NCBI GenBank assembly: GCA_964425305.1
Contig: CAYRMQ010000005.1
Location: 1-62,435, forward strand
Direction: 5' to 3'
Length of the DNA: 62,435 nucleotides
Source of the DNA: an uncultured Anaerolineaceae bacterium
GTDB taxonomy: Bacteria > Chloroflexota > Limnocylindria > Limnocylindrales > CSP1-4
Part shown: piece by piece, positions 9,856-19,435 of the stretch
Position numbering within the stretch: position 1 is the first letter of the stretch
How the letters are laid out: each line of letters begins with the position of its first letter
Translations under genes and position numbers: made by a program
The notes under the pieces: generated by a model
The model's input: the letters and a program-made list of their open reading frames with translations, nothing else
Databases searched by the model: none
Told to the model about the DNA's origin: nothing

Positions 9856-10152
9856 CTCTCTGCCTCCCATCCAGCTCGCCGCTGGAAGGTGCTGGTAGTG
9901 CGGTTATGCGCGACGGTCACCCGCCGCCTGGCGCCTTGCTGGGCAGCAAGGCACGGACTGCGTAGGCCGCGCCGGCCGCGGGCTGGGCAACCCGGCCGTT
10001 GGTGCGGAACGGCCCTGGATCGATCTGCGGCGAAGCGTACTCGCGTTTCGAAGAAGGCGTCAAACAGCCGCGGCCGATGCGCTGGCGAGCCGCGGTGCCA
10101 TTGCAGGAAGTGCTGGTCGAAGAGGCGCGTCGGGTACGTCGGGTAGGCTGGG

Positions 10153-10641
10153 TCAGTCGCTCGAGCCTGATTCCTCAGCAGTTGACGCGACGGTCAGGAG
10201 GTCAGGGCCGACGCCGCGCACGGCGTGGCCTTCGATTGTCGTGCGCGTTCGACCCAAGCCCAACACGCCGCCCGTCTGTGCCAGCAGCCGGTCGACGCGG
10301 CCGCTGTGAGGATCGAACTCGACTGTTCGGATGGTGCCCACGTACGTACCGGCTTCGTCCACTAGCTTCAGCTTCTTCATGTCAGCCAGGCTGCGCAGGT
10401 GGCTGAAAGGGCCGGCGCTGCGCGAAAGCTCCGTCACATCGGGCGTTTTGACCATCACCGCGTCAGAGCCGAAGTTGCTCACCTGGTCGAATGGGATGAA
10501 GAACTCGTTGGATCCGGCGACGGCCTTGAGTGCAGCGACGCGCAGTGGCTCGACCTCGAAGAGCACATCCGTCACCCTGCCCAGCCGGGCCGCCTCGGCG
10601 ACCGATACGACGGCGACATCATTGAGGCTGTCAGCGTCCAT
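10153..10641 (-). CDS. PRC-barrel domain protein (two PRC-barrel-like halves)
   Basis: VVSVAEAARLGRVTDVLFEVEPLRVAAL and VDEAGTYVGTIRTVEFDPHSGRVDRLL resemble PRC-barrel repeats. ATG 10641 is preceded by GAGGA 6 nt upstream. The track ORF extends to 10908. Confidence 0.65.
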   Translation of the reverse strand: MDADSLNDVAVVSVAEAARLGRVTDVLFEVEPLRVAALKAVAGSNEFFIPFDQVSNFGSDAVMVKTPDVTELSRSAGPFSHLRSLADMKKLKLVDEAGTYVGTIRTVEFDPHSGRVDRLLAQTGGVLGLGRTRTTIEGHAVRGVGPDLLTVASTAEESGSSD

Positions 10642-10774
10642 GGCTCGTCCTCGTGTGCGCTGCTCGAATCCACGCAAGCCTAGCGCAGTGCACGAGAAGG
10701 TACCGTCGCGGCAAGCGTACGCGAGCATCATCGGCGTTACGATCGCGAGCGCATGACGATATTCGTGTGAACCC

Positions 10775-11590
10775 ATGACGGCACCACTCAACCAGCTTGA
10801 CTGGTGGAAGAAGCCGGCGCCGGTGCCGGAAGATCCACCGCTGTGGCGCGATCCCGGGCGGCTGTTGTACATCGCGTCGGCCATTTGCCTTGTCGTCGGC
10901 AGCCTCATCCCGTGGGCGGTCGGCGTCGATCCGACGGGGCGGGAGGACAGCTACCGCGCCACCCAGGGCACCGGCGAGGGGGTGATGCTGATCGCGACGG
11001 CGGTGGTGCTGATCCTGCTCGCGCGCGACCGGACGATGTATGAGTCGACGAACCGGATCATCCAGCTGCTGCCGCTGCTGTTCATCCTGCTATGCGTGTC
11101 GATGTGGATCGGTGCCGAACACTACGCGCGGGTGATGATCGAGTTCTGGAGCCGCGGCGGCGGCCACGGTGAGCTGACCGGCGCGCGCTACATCGTCGCG
11201 GCCGGAATCGTTGGCGCCGGGCTGGGCACGGTCTGGTTCGAGTTCACGCGTCCGGCACAGACGCGGCAGCGGACGCAACCGCTGCTGGTGGAGCTGGGCG
11301 TCACGCGCTGGAGCGCGGCGAGCGCCGTTGCGGCGTTCATCGGCGGCGTCGTCGGGGCTCTCGTCGCGATCGTCCTGAGCGTGCTCGCGCTGGGCATCGA
11401 GGCGATCCTGTTCGCGGTCATCCTCGCCGTCTTCGGGCTGTTCATCGGCGTCGGCGTCGGCCTCGCTGTAGTCGGCTGGCTCGAGCGCAGGCTGCGCCGC
11501 GCTCCGCCGGCCGTCGAGCAGCATCGAGATGGCGGCCGGGACCGGGTCGGCGGCGCGCGCATCTCGCGCGGGCCCACGTCACGCGGCTGA
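10775..11590 (+). CDS. integral membrane protein, function unknown
   Basis: 271-aa ORF with about 6 hydrophobic helices (e.g. LLYIASAICLVVGSLIPWAV, VVGALVAIVLSVLALGIEAILFAVILAVFGLFIGVGVGLAVVGW). No family recognised. Confidence 0.6.
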   Translation: MTAPLNQLDWWKKPAPVPEDPPLWRDPGRLLYIASAICLVVGSLIPWAVGVDPTGREDSYRATQGTGEGVMLIATAVVLILLARDRTMYESTNRIIQLLPLLFILLCVSMWIGAEHYARVMIEFWSRGGGHGELTGARYIVAAGIVGAGLGTVWFEFTRPAQTRQRTQPLLVELGVTRWSAASAVAAFIGGVVGALVAIVLSVLALGIEAILFAVILAVFGLFIGVGVGLAVVGWLERRLRRAPPAVEQHRDGGRDRVGGARISRGPTSRG

Positions 11591-11651
11591 GAAGAGAGGC
11601 ACGGGCGCCCACAGCAGTCGGACCGGCCGGTTCCACCATCCGACCGGGCCG

Positions 11652-11795
11652 CTTCCAGTGGCATTGGCGTGTAGCTCGGCTGAAGCCTTTGCCCGCTCCC
11701 TCGACTCGCACGTCGGTTACGCCAATGTGGCTGGAACTGGACAGGCCTCCAGCCGCCTGCGGCGTCATCCTCACCAATCAAACTGGAAGTGAGCA
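11652..11795. repeat. imperfect inverted repeat related to the 1185-1287 element
   Basis: AATCAAACTGGAAGTGAGCA (11776-11795) shares AATC..GAAGTGAGCA with 1183-1202. An inverted partner CTTCCAGTGGCATTG lies at 11652-11666, and a direct partial copy CCAATGTGGCTGGAACT at 11722-11738. The region is non-coding, between convergent genes. Confidence 0.4.
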
Positions 11796-11833
11796 TTGCA
11801 GCCCGCGGTGCGGTGCTGGCCCCCCCGTCGCCC

Positions 11834-12402
11834 TCACTCGGTCAATCCCGGCTCGTCGTCGGCGCCCGCCACGAACTGCGCGGAGACCTCGCGGCAGACC
11901 TCGGGACCGAAGCCGTTGCGCGCGAGGAGCGCGTAGGCCTTCTGCCGGCGGCGGATTGGATCTGCCTCGCCCTCGAGCGTCGACCGCCGGCGATCGAGCA
12001 GGCGCACGGCGGCGTCCAGATCGGCGCTCCCGCCGTCTGTGGCCGTGCGCTCGTGGAGCGCCGTGTCGACGGTCTCGCGTTCGATCCCCTTCAGCGCAAG
12101 CTCGCGTCTGAGCGCACCCTCCCCTCGCGGCCGCGCCCGATCGCGCGACTCGACCCACGCCCGGGCGAACTCGGCGTCGTCGAGATAGCCCATCTCGACC
12201 AGCCGGTCGACGACCTGCTCGACGAGGGCGTGCCGGTAGCCCAGGTGGCGCAGCCGGCGGCGCGTCTCGGCCACCGACCGCGGACGCACGGCAAGGAAGG
12301 CGGCCGCTGCCTCCATGACGACGGCCGGATCATCGACCTCCGCGCGGCGCTCGCGCCTCGCTTCGGCGCTTTCGCGGCGCCGAGTCACGCTACGCAGGAC
12401 CG

Positions 12403-12406
<4 letters not shown>
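11834..12406 (-). CDS. recX: recombination regulator RecX
   Basis: [22 protein letters not shown]...[24 protein letters not shown] is the typical RecX repeat pattern. The GTG start overlaps the recA TGA stop (GTGA). Confidence 0.88.
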
Positions 12407-13491
<1,085 letters not shown>

Positions 13492-13531
13492 GCCTGGTGC
13501 TCCTCCTGGCTATGACCGGCACCGATGAAGG

Positions 13532-13696
13532 CTACTCCTCCTCCGGCTCCGGTTCTCGCTCGTGGCGCGGCTTGCGCTTGGGCTTGATCACCTCGACTGA
13601 CGGAGGCGGCGCCTCCAGCAGTGAATCGAGCCGCGGCTTGATCTGCGCCTTGGGCTTCTTCTTCGGTTCGCGGTGGGGGCGATCCTTCGATCCCAT
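13532..13696 (-). CDS. small basic Lys/Pro-rich protein (54 aa), unannotated in ORF track
   Basis: ATG 13696 is preceded by GGAGGCGGAGGCA. Translation is MGSKDRPHREPKKKPKAQIKPRLDSLLEAPPPSVEVIKPKRKPRHEREPEPEEE. About 45 of 54 codons end in G/C. It ends 40 nt upstream of the recA start. Confidence 0.4.
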   Translation of the reverse strand: MGSKDRPHREPKKKPKAQIKPRLDSLLEAPPPSVEVIKPKRKPRHEREPEPEEE

Positions 13697-13780
13697 TGCC
13701 TCCGCCTCCGCGGCGCACTCGGCACGCTAGCCGACGCCGCTTCACTGCCAGTTCACTCGGCCTTTGCGCCAGCTTGCCTG

Positions 13781-14962
13781 TCACTCCAGCCGGCCCTCGG
13801 GCGAGATTTGCGAGGCACGCCGAGCAGCCTGCTGGCGCACCAGTTCGGGAAAGCTCCCCTCGGCGAGCGCCGAGCGGATACGTGCCATGAAGTCTAGGAG
13901 GAAGGTCAGGTTGTGACAAGTTGCGAGCCGGTAGAAGAGCAGCTCGTCGGCGCGCAGCAGGTGCGCCAGGTAGGCGCGCGAGAACGAGCGGCAGGCGCGG
14001 CAGCGGCAGCCATCCTGGACCGGCGCCGGGTCGTCGAGGAAGCGCGAGTTGCGCACGTTGAGCCGGCCCTCCGGCGTCCACAGCGTGCCGTTGCGCGCGA
14101 CGCGCGCGGGCAGGACCGAATCGAACATGTCGATGCCGGCGTCGACGGCGTCGAGCAGGTCGGCCGGTGAGCCGAGGCCCATCAGGTAGCGCGGCCGCGG
14201 ATCGTCCTCGAGCAGCGGCACGCAGATGTCGAGCGCGGCCCGCCGCTGGGCGGCCGTCTCGTCGCCGGCCAGCCCGCCGATGCAGATGCCCTCGAACGGC
14301 ATGGCGGCGATGACGCGCGTCGACTCGGCGCGCAGGTCTTCCTCCAGCCCGCCCTGGACGATGCCGAACAGTGCCTGCCCCTCGCGCCGATGAGCGGCCA
14401 GGCAGCGCTCGGCCCACTCGTGCGTGCGCTGGGTGGCCTCGGCGACGGCGGCACGCGTCGACGAGTGCGGCGGCACCGGCTGGTCGAGGCAGACCGCGAT
14501 GTCCGCGCCGAGACCCTCCTGGACAGCGATCGCCTGCTCGGGCGTGAAGCGGTGCAGCGAGCCGTCGAGGTGCGAGCGGAACGTGACGCCCTCGTCGTCG
14601 ACCGCGCGCAGCTCACCCAGGCTGACCACCTGGTAGCCGCCCGAGTCGGTCAGGATGGGGCGATCCCAGGCCATGAAGCGGTGCAGCCCACCGAGGCGCG
14701 CGATGCGCTCGTGGCCCGGGCGCAGGTAGAGATGGTAGGTGTTGGCCAGGATCATCTGCGCGCCGACCTCGCGCAGGTCGTCGGGATCGAGCGCCTTGAC
14801 CGTGGCGTTCGTGCCGACCGGCATGAAGACCGGCGTATCGACCTCTCCATGGGCCGTCCGCAGCCTGCCCAGCCGGGCGCGCGTGGATCCGTCGGCCGGC
14901 GGCGCCCGCAGCACCTCGTAGCTCAGCGTGCCCGCAGCCTGCCCCAGCGCCTGCCCGCTCAC
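13781..14962 (-). CDS. tgt: queuine tRNA-ribosyltransferase
   Basis: TPVFMPVGTNATVK, LANTYHLYLRPG and TDSGGYQV motifs. The start is taken at GTG 14962, overlapping the permease TGA (GTGA). The 730-aa track ORF is a read-through artefact. Confidence 0.93.
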   Translation of the reverse strand: MSGQALGQAAGTLSYEVLRAPPADGSTRARLGRLRTAHGEVDTPVFMPVGTNATVKALDPDDLREVGAQMILANTYHLYLRPGHERIARLGGLHRFMAWDRPILTDSGGYQVVSLGELRAVDDEGVTFRSHLDGSLHRFTPEQAIAVQEGLGADIAVCLDQPVPPHSSTRAAVAEATQRTHEWAERCLAAHRREGQALFGIVQGGLEEDLRAESTRVIAAMPFEGICIGGLAGDETAAQRRAALDICVPLLEDDPRPRYLMGLGSPADLLDAVDAGIDMFDSVLPARVARNGTLWTPEGRLNVRNSRFLDDPAPVQDGCRCRACRSFSRAYLAHLLRADELLFYRLATCHNLTFLLDFMARIRSALAEGSFPELVRQQAARRASQISPEGRLE

Positions 14963-15843
14963 GCCTTGATCTCCTGCCGCTGGATCGCGGCGACGCTGAC
15001 GGCCAGCGCCGCGACCAGATAGAGCAGGACGCCGACGAAAGCCTGCTCGGGAGGCACCGGCCGCAGGAAGAGGTCTTCGAGCGCACCCTCGACCGACGTG
15101 CCGGTGCCGCGCACCAGCAGCACGTTGTCGCCGATGCCGAAGGGCAGGAACTGGTACCACTCGGGGCCGATCGGCTCGAAGCCCTGCTGCCGCGGGTCGA
15201 AGCCGCTGCCGAACCGCCCGAACAGCGTCGCGACGACCATGATGCCGGCCAGGATGCCCTCGCCGATGTACAGCACGATGCCGACGATGGCCCCCGCCAG
15301 CTGGCTCTGGAGGACGACGGCCACGGCAAAGCCGAGGGCGGCACGCTCGAGTAGCACCGGGTAGCCGAGAACCAGCGAGTCGATCAGGTTGCGCGTGGCC
15401 GTCGGGCCGAGCGGGTTGCCGACCTCCAGGCCGCGCAGCGCGCCGGCGACGAAGACGAGCACGACGCCGACGGCGAACGCGATGACCAGGCCGATGGCGA
15501 AGATGATCGCCAGCCCGGCCGCCTTGGCGAGGATGTAGAACGCCCGACTTTCGCCACGGCTGACGACGTTGCGCAGCACGCCCCAGCTCCAGTCGGCGCC
15601 GGCGATGGCGGCGGCGTAGACGACGGCGAGCATGCTGCCCAGCCCGAAGACGAAGTCGCCGATGGTGCCGTACGCCGACGGGAAGCGCAGCATGTTGCGG
15701 GTCGGGTCGAGCGGGCCGCCGGATGCCGGAGTCAGGCCGACGATGACGTAAACGAGGGCCATGATCACGAGCAGAACGGCGAGCACGACGTACGTCGCCG
15801 TCCGCCGGCGCAGCTTGAGCAGCTCGGCACGGACGAGCCTCAT
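14959..15843 (-). CDS. ABC-2 type transporter permease
   Basis: MRLVRAELLKLRRRTATYVVLAVLLVIMAL... with about 6 TM helices, typical of ABC-2 exporter permeases. ATGA overlap with the upstream ATPase gene. Confidence 0.8.
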   Translation of the reverse strand: MRLVRAELLKLRRRTATYVVLAVLLVIMALVYVIVGLTPASGGPLDPTRNMLRFPSAYGTIGDFVFGLGSMLAVVYAAAIAGADWSWGVLRNVVSRGESRAFYILAKAAGLAIIFAIGLVIAFAVGVVLVFVAGALRGLEVGNPLGPTATRNLIDSLVLGYPVLLERAALGFAVAVVLQSQLAGAIVGIVLYIGEGILAGIMVVATLFGRFGSGFDPRQQGFEPIGPEWYQFLPFGIGDNVLLVRGTGTSVEGALEDLFLRPVPPEQAFVGVLLYLVAALAVSVAAIQRQEIKA

Positions 15844-16856
15844 GCCGCGCGGCTCTCGGCGGCGGTGATGTCGAGGAAGAGGCTCTCCAGGTCGCTGCCC
15901 GGCTCGAGCGCCGAGGCGTAGATGCCGGCATCGGCGAGGGCGCGGTTGACCTCGTGCGAACGCGTCCAGGCAACGCCGACGGTGAACCAGCCGGCGCGCT
16001 CGCCGCTGTCGGTGCCGTAGAGCTGGCGCTCGGGTGCGAGGCTGCGCAGGATCTCGGCCGCCCGCGGCATCTCCTCGGGCGCGACCCGGACGCGGACGTG
16101 GCTGACCTGGTCGATCAGCTGGCTTAGCGGACCCTCGCGCACGAGCCGCCCGCGGTCGATGATGCCAACGACGTCGGCCAGCAGCTGGACCTCGGGCAGG
16201 ATGTGGCTCGAGATCAGGACCGTCTTGCCGATCGTCGTCATGTAGCGCAGCGACTCGCGCAGCGCCACGATGCCCGCCGGATCGAGGCCGTTGGCCGGCT
16301 CGTCGAGGAGCAGCAGCTCGGGATCGGAGAGCAGCGCGCCGGCGATGCCGAGGCGCTGCTTCATGCCCAGTGAGTAGGCGTTGACCTTGTCGTTGGCGCG
16401 CTCGCGCAGCCCGACGTAGTCGAGCACCTCGTCGACGCGGTGAGGCGGCGTCGGTGCGCCGGCGGCAGCCAGCACGCGCAGGTTGTCGCGGCCCGACAGG
16501 TACGGGTAGAAGGACGGCGTCTCGATCAGCGAGCCGACGCGGAAGAGGCGGCGCCGGTCGCGCCAGTCGTAGGGTGAGCCGAGCAGCACCAGCGAGCCGG
16601 CGTCGGGCCGGAGAAGGCCGGCGAGCAGGCGCAGAGTCGTCGTCTTGCCCGAGCCGTTGGGGCCGAGGAAGCCGTAGACGCTGCCGCGCGGCACCGACAT
16701 GTCGAGGCCGGTCAGCGCCGGCTGGCGGCCGTAGCGCTTGACCAGACCGCGCGTGGCGACGGCCAGGTCGGACAGGTCGGGCGTGGCGACCGGTTTATCG
16801 GCAAGCTCCCGCGTGGCGACGGCGTGCTCGGACAGGCCGGGCGCTCCCGGCTGCAT
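15840..16856 (-). CDS. ABC transporter ATP-binding protein
   Basis: Walker A GPNGSGKTT, signature YSLGMKQRLGIA, Walker B LLLLDEPANGLD. ATG 16856 is the only canonical start that does not overlap ruvB. The N-terminus carries a duplicated LSxxAVATR segment. Confidence 0.88.
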   Translation of the reverse strand: MQPGAPGLSEHAVATRELADKPVATPDLSDLAVATRGLVKRYGRQPALTGLDMSVPRGSVYGFLGPNGSGKTTTLRLLAGLLRPDAGSLVLLGSPYDWRDRRRLFRVGSLIETPSFYPYLSGRDNLRVLAAAGAPTPPHRVDEVLDYVGLRERANDKVNAYSLGMKQRLGIAGALLSDPELLLLDEPANGLDPAGIVALRESLRYMTTIGKTVLISSHILPEVQLLADVVGIIDRGRLVREGPLSQLIDQVSHVRVRVAPEEMPRAAEILRSLAPERQLYGTDSGERAGWFTVGVAWTRSHEVNRALADAGIYASALEPGSDLESLFLDITAAESRAA

Positions 16857-16870
16857 ATCTGCCGGGATGG

Positions 16871-17995
16871 TCACGCGGTCGTCTCTGACTCGGCGCGACC
16901 CTCGGCCGTCTCTGACTCGGCGCGACCCTCGGCCGTGACGCCGTCCCACAGCCCGGCGTCGGCGCGCTCGCCGCGGCGCGGCGGCGGCACCTCGTAGCCG
17001 AGTCGGCGCAGGTGGTCGCGCGCGCGCTCCGTCGCGATGCGTCCCTGCGGCGTCCGATCGAGGAAGCCGAGCTGGAGCAGGTACGGCTCGTAAACGTCCT
17101 CGATCGTCTCGATCTCCTCGCCGATGACCGCCGCCACCGCCGCACCGCCGACCGGCCCGGAGGCGAACTTCTGGACGATCGCCGCCAGCAGCCGGCGGTC
17201 CGTCGTGTCGAGGCCCTCGTCGTCGATGTCCATCGCCGCCATCGCCTGGCTGGCTTCCTCGGCGCCGATGCGCCCGTCGGAGCGCACCTGCGCGAAGTCG
17301 CGCACGCGCCGGAGCAGGCGGTTGACGACGCGCGGCGTGCCCCTCCCCCGGCGGGCGAGGATCGTGACCGCCTCGTCGTCGATATCGACCTCGAGGATGC
17401 CGGCCGAGCGCTTGATGATCGTGGCCAGCTCGTGTTCGGAGTAGTAGTCGAGGCGGTAGACGGCGCCGAAGCGGTCGCGCAGCGGACCACCGATGCGCCC
17501 GGCGCGCGTCGTCGCACCGACGACCGTGAACGGCTTGAGGCTGAGGCGCAGGCTGCGCGCGCTCGGCCCGCGACCGATCATCACGTCGATGGCGAAATCC
17601 TCCATCGCCGGGTAGAGGATCTCCTCGACCGAGTGATTGAGGCGGTGGATCTCGTCGATGAACAGGACGTCGCGCTCCTCGAAGTTGGTCAGGATCGCGG
17701 CCAGGTCACCGGGCCGCTCGATGGCCGGCCCACTGGTCGTGTGCAGGTTCACGCCCAGCTCGCGGGCGATGATGTTGGCCAGCGTCGTCTTGCCCAGGCC
17801 GGGCGGGCCGTAGAGCAGGACGTGGTCGGCCGCCTCCTCGCGCTGGCGGGCGGCGGCGAGCAGGATCTCGAGGTTCTGCTTGACGGTCGGCTGACCGATG
17901 TACTCGGCCAGCGAGCGCGGCCGAAGCGACGTCTCGACGGCTGCCTCTTCGAGGCTCACGGCCTGCGCCGTCACGGACCGGTCACGCTCCTCCAT
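16871..17995 (-). CDS. ruvB: Holliday junction helicase RuvB
   Basis: [34 protein letters not shown] and sensor motifs. About 40 aa of C-terminal extension contains the tandem duplication. Confidence 0.96.
   Translation of the reverse strand: MEERDRSVTAQAVSLEEAAVETSLRPRSLAEYIGQPTVKQNLEILLAAARQREEAADHVLLYGPPGLGKTTLANIIARELGVNLHTTSGPAIERPGDLAAILTNFEERDVLFIDEIHRLNHSVEEILYPAMEDFAIDVMIGRGPSARSLRLSLKPFTVVGATTRAGRIGGPLRDRFGAVYRLDYYSEHELATIIKRSAGILEVDIDDEAVTILARRGRGTPRVVNRLLRRVRDFAQVRSDGRIGAEEASQAMAAMDIDDEGLDTTDRRLLAAIVQKFASGPVGGAAVAAVIGEEIETIEDVYEPYLLQLGFLDRTPQGRIATERARDHLRRLGYEVPPPRRGERADAGLWDGVTAEGRAESETAEGRAESETTA
16881..16934. repeat. perfect 2 x 27-bp tandem duplication in the ruvB 3' end
   Basis: GTCTCTGACTCGGCGCGACCCTCGGCC at 16881-16907 is repeated exactly at 16908-16934. 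It encodes AEGRAESET twice in the RuvB C-terminal tail. Confidence 0.95.
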
Positions 17996-18004
17996 CGACG
18001 GCGA

Positions 18005-18013
18005 AGTCTAGCA
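18005..18013 (-). promoter_or_regulatory. putative extended -10 (TGCTAGACT) 9 nt upstream of ruvB ATG
   Basis: The minus strand reads TGCTAGACT tcgccgtcg ATG, with no SD in between. The same architecture appears at yebC, vapB and PBP1A/tyrS. Confidence 0.35.
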
Positions 18014-18115
18014 GAGCCGGACGCGAAGCGAACAGATGTTCGGGAGGCGCCCCAGGCACCTCCCGAACGGTCATGGGTAGGGAGTGTTCGGTTTTCGTCG
18101 GGCTGAGTGTCGCCC

Positions 18116-18463
18116 TCAGTACAGCGAGCGGCTGCTCTTGTCCAGCGGATTGTGCTGGTTGAACTCGCCCGGCTCGGGCTGAATGCCCGGCTGGACGAGC
18201 GGGGCCGGCTGGACGTTCGGCATCGGCGCCTCCCGTTGCGGGGCGGCCGGAGCGTGGCGAATGCCGAAGTCCTCGTAGGCCTGGACCTGCGGCGCGGCCG
18301 GGGCCGGCGCTTCGACCGTCGGCAGCTGGACCACGCCGGCAGCGATCGCCGCGGCGGTGAGCGTCGCGCCGAGCAGCGCGCTCGTCGCCAGTCCGGCGAG
18401 CACGCCCTGCCGGAACGCCTTGCCGCTGTCGGGGTGTGTCATCGGGGTGTTGATTGCGGTCAT
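18116..18463 (-). CDS. small membrane-anchored Pro-rich protein (115 aa)
   Basis: AGGAGA lies 9 nt upstream of the ATG. There is one TM helix (VLAGLATSALLGATLTAAAIAAGVV) followed by a Pro/Ala/Gln-rich tail. Confidence 0.55.
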   Translation of the reverse strand: MTAINTPMTHPDSGKAFRQGVLAGLATSALLGATLTAAAIAAGVVQLPTVEAPAPAAPQVQAYEDFGIRHAPAAPQREAPMPNVQPAPLVQPGIQPEPGEFNQHNPLDKSSRSLY

Positions 18464-18634
18464 CTGCGTCGTTCTCCTGTGTCGTCGGGGCTCTCTGTCG
18501 AGTAGCCGGACAGTAGGTCCGGCGACGCCGTCGATTCGACCAACCCGCCGACTGCCGGGGCGTCGAACATCCGACCGGCCGACCGCCCCCTTCTTGGCCC
18601 GGCAGCGGTCGGATCGACGACAGCCGGCCGGAGG

Positions 18635-19039
18635 TCAGATCGACGACAGCCGGTCGAGCGGGAAGGGCGGCAGGGCCAGCGGCCGCACGGCCAGCCGGAC
18701 GAGCAGCAGCGGGCTGTCGTCACCGGCGGTGCGGTTGCTGTGCAGCACGCCGCAGCCGGTGCAGCGGTGGATCAGCACCCACTCGCCGTCCTTCCGGACG
18801 GTGATCGCGATCGGTTCCATGCCCGAGCCGCAATCGGCGGCGCGGTCGCCCGGCTCATCGTCGACGTGCCGGCTCCACAGGCAGAAGGGGCAGTGGTTGC
18901 GATGGGCCGTGCCGGGCGCCGACGTCGGAACGTCGAGGCGGCAGTGCGTGCAGCGAAATGACTGACGAGGCTTCAAGGGGGGCTCCTGCGCGATACGGTG
19001 GTACGTGCCGTCTACGCGTCGCGCGGGCTCCCCGGTCAT
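18635..19039 (-). CDS. RNHCP domain-containing zinc-ribbon protein
   Basis: Literal HRNHCPFCLWSRH motif plus the CxxC pairs CTHC and CTGC, matching the RNHCP domain family. No obvious SD upstream of the ATG. Confidence 0.8.
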   Translation of the reverse strand: MTGEPARRVDGTYHRIAQEPPLKPRQSFRCTHCRLDVPTSAPGTAHRNHCPFCLWSRHVDDEPGDRAADCGSGMEPIAITVRKDGEWVLIHRCTGCGVLHSNRTAGDDSPLLLVRLAVRPLALPPFPLDRLSSI

Positions 19040-19103
19040 GAAGAGAGCCGTCCCGGGAGGGACGACTCACCGCGGCCGGCTGGTGTCTCGGCGGCGTTTG
19101 TGT

Positions 19104-19157
19104 CTAGGCTCTCCCGAGGCGCGACGGATGGTCGACGTGCACAACTGTCTCTGCCAT
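19104..19157 (-). CDS. candidate 17-codon upstream ORF (MAETVVHVDHPSRLGRA)
   Basis: AAAGGAG lies 9 nt upstream of the ATG. The ORF ends 64 nt upstream of the RNHCP start. It is too short to judge from composition. Confidence 0.2.
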   Translation of the reverse strand: MAETVVHVDHPSRLGRA

Positions 19158-19312
19158 GACTCGTCGCTCCTTTCTGCCTCTCGCTCTTCCGCCGATTGCC
19201 TGTCGGCGGCTCAGGCCTCGCGCAGTATGCGCCGCACGATCACCCTCGCGCAAGCGCTTGCCTCGCAGGCCGCACGCCCGCGACGACCGACCTCGGCGGG
19301 CCAAGGATCGGG

Positions 19313-19435
19313 AATCCGCTTGTAGTGAACACCTCGTCACCCGCAGGCATACTTCCGGGGCTGGCGATCGTTGGTCACGCCTCCGACGGGCACGCCGCTC
19401 GGCTCCACAGCGACAGGTTTCCGCTTCAAACGGAT
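19313..19435. repeat. degenerate copy of the 1185-1287 inverted-repeat element
   Basis: AATCCGCTTGTAGTGAACACC (19313-19333) matches 1183-1203 at 18 of 21 positions. GCTTCAAACGGAT (19423-19435) matches the right arm CACTTCAAACGGA at 11 of 13. An additional ATCAAACGGA lies at 19494-19503. Confidence 0.45.

Noticed and set aside
13781-15973. 730-aa ORF that looks like an N-terminally extended Tgt. Likewise the 1029-aa pheT ORF (44318-47407) and the 591-aa rtcB ORF (33902-35677).
   Set aside because: The extensions are low-complexity Arg/Pro/Ala sequence overlapping well-supported upstream genes in another frame. Conserved N-termini start at internal GTG or ATG codons that overlap the upstream stop (GTGA, ATGA or TAGTG).
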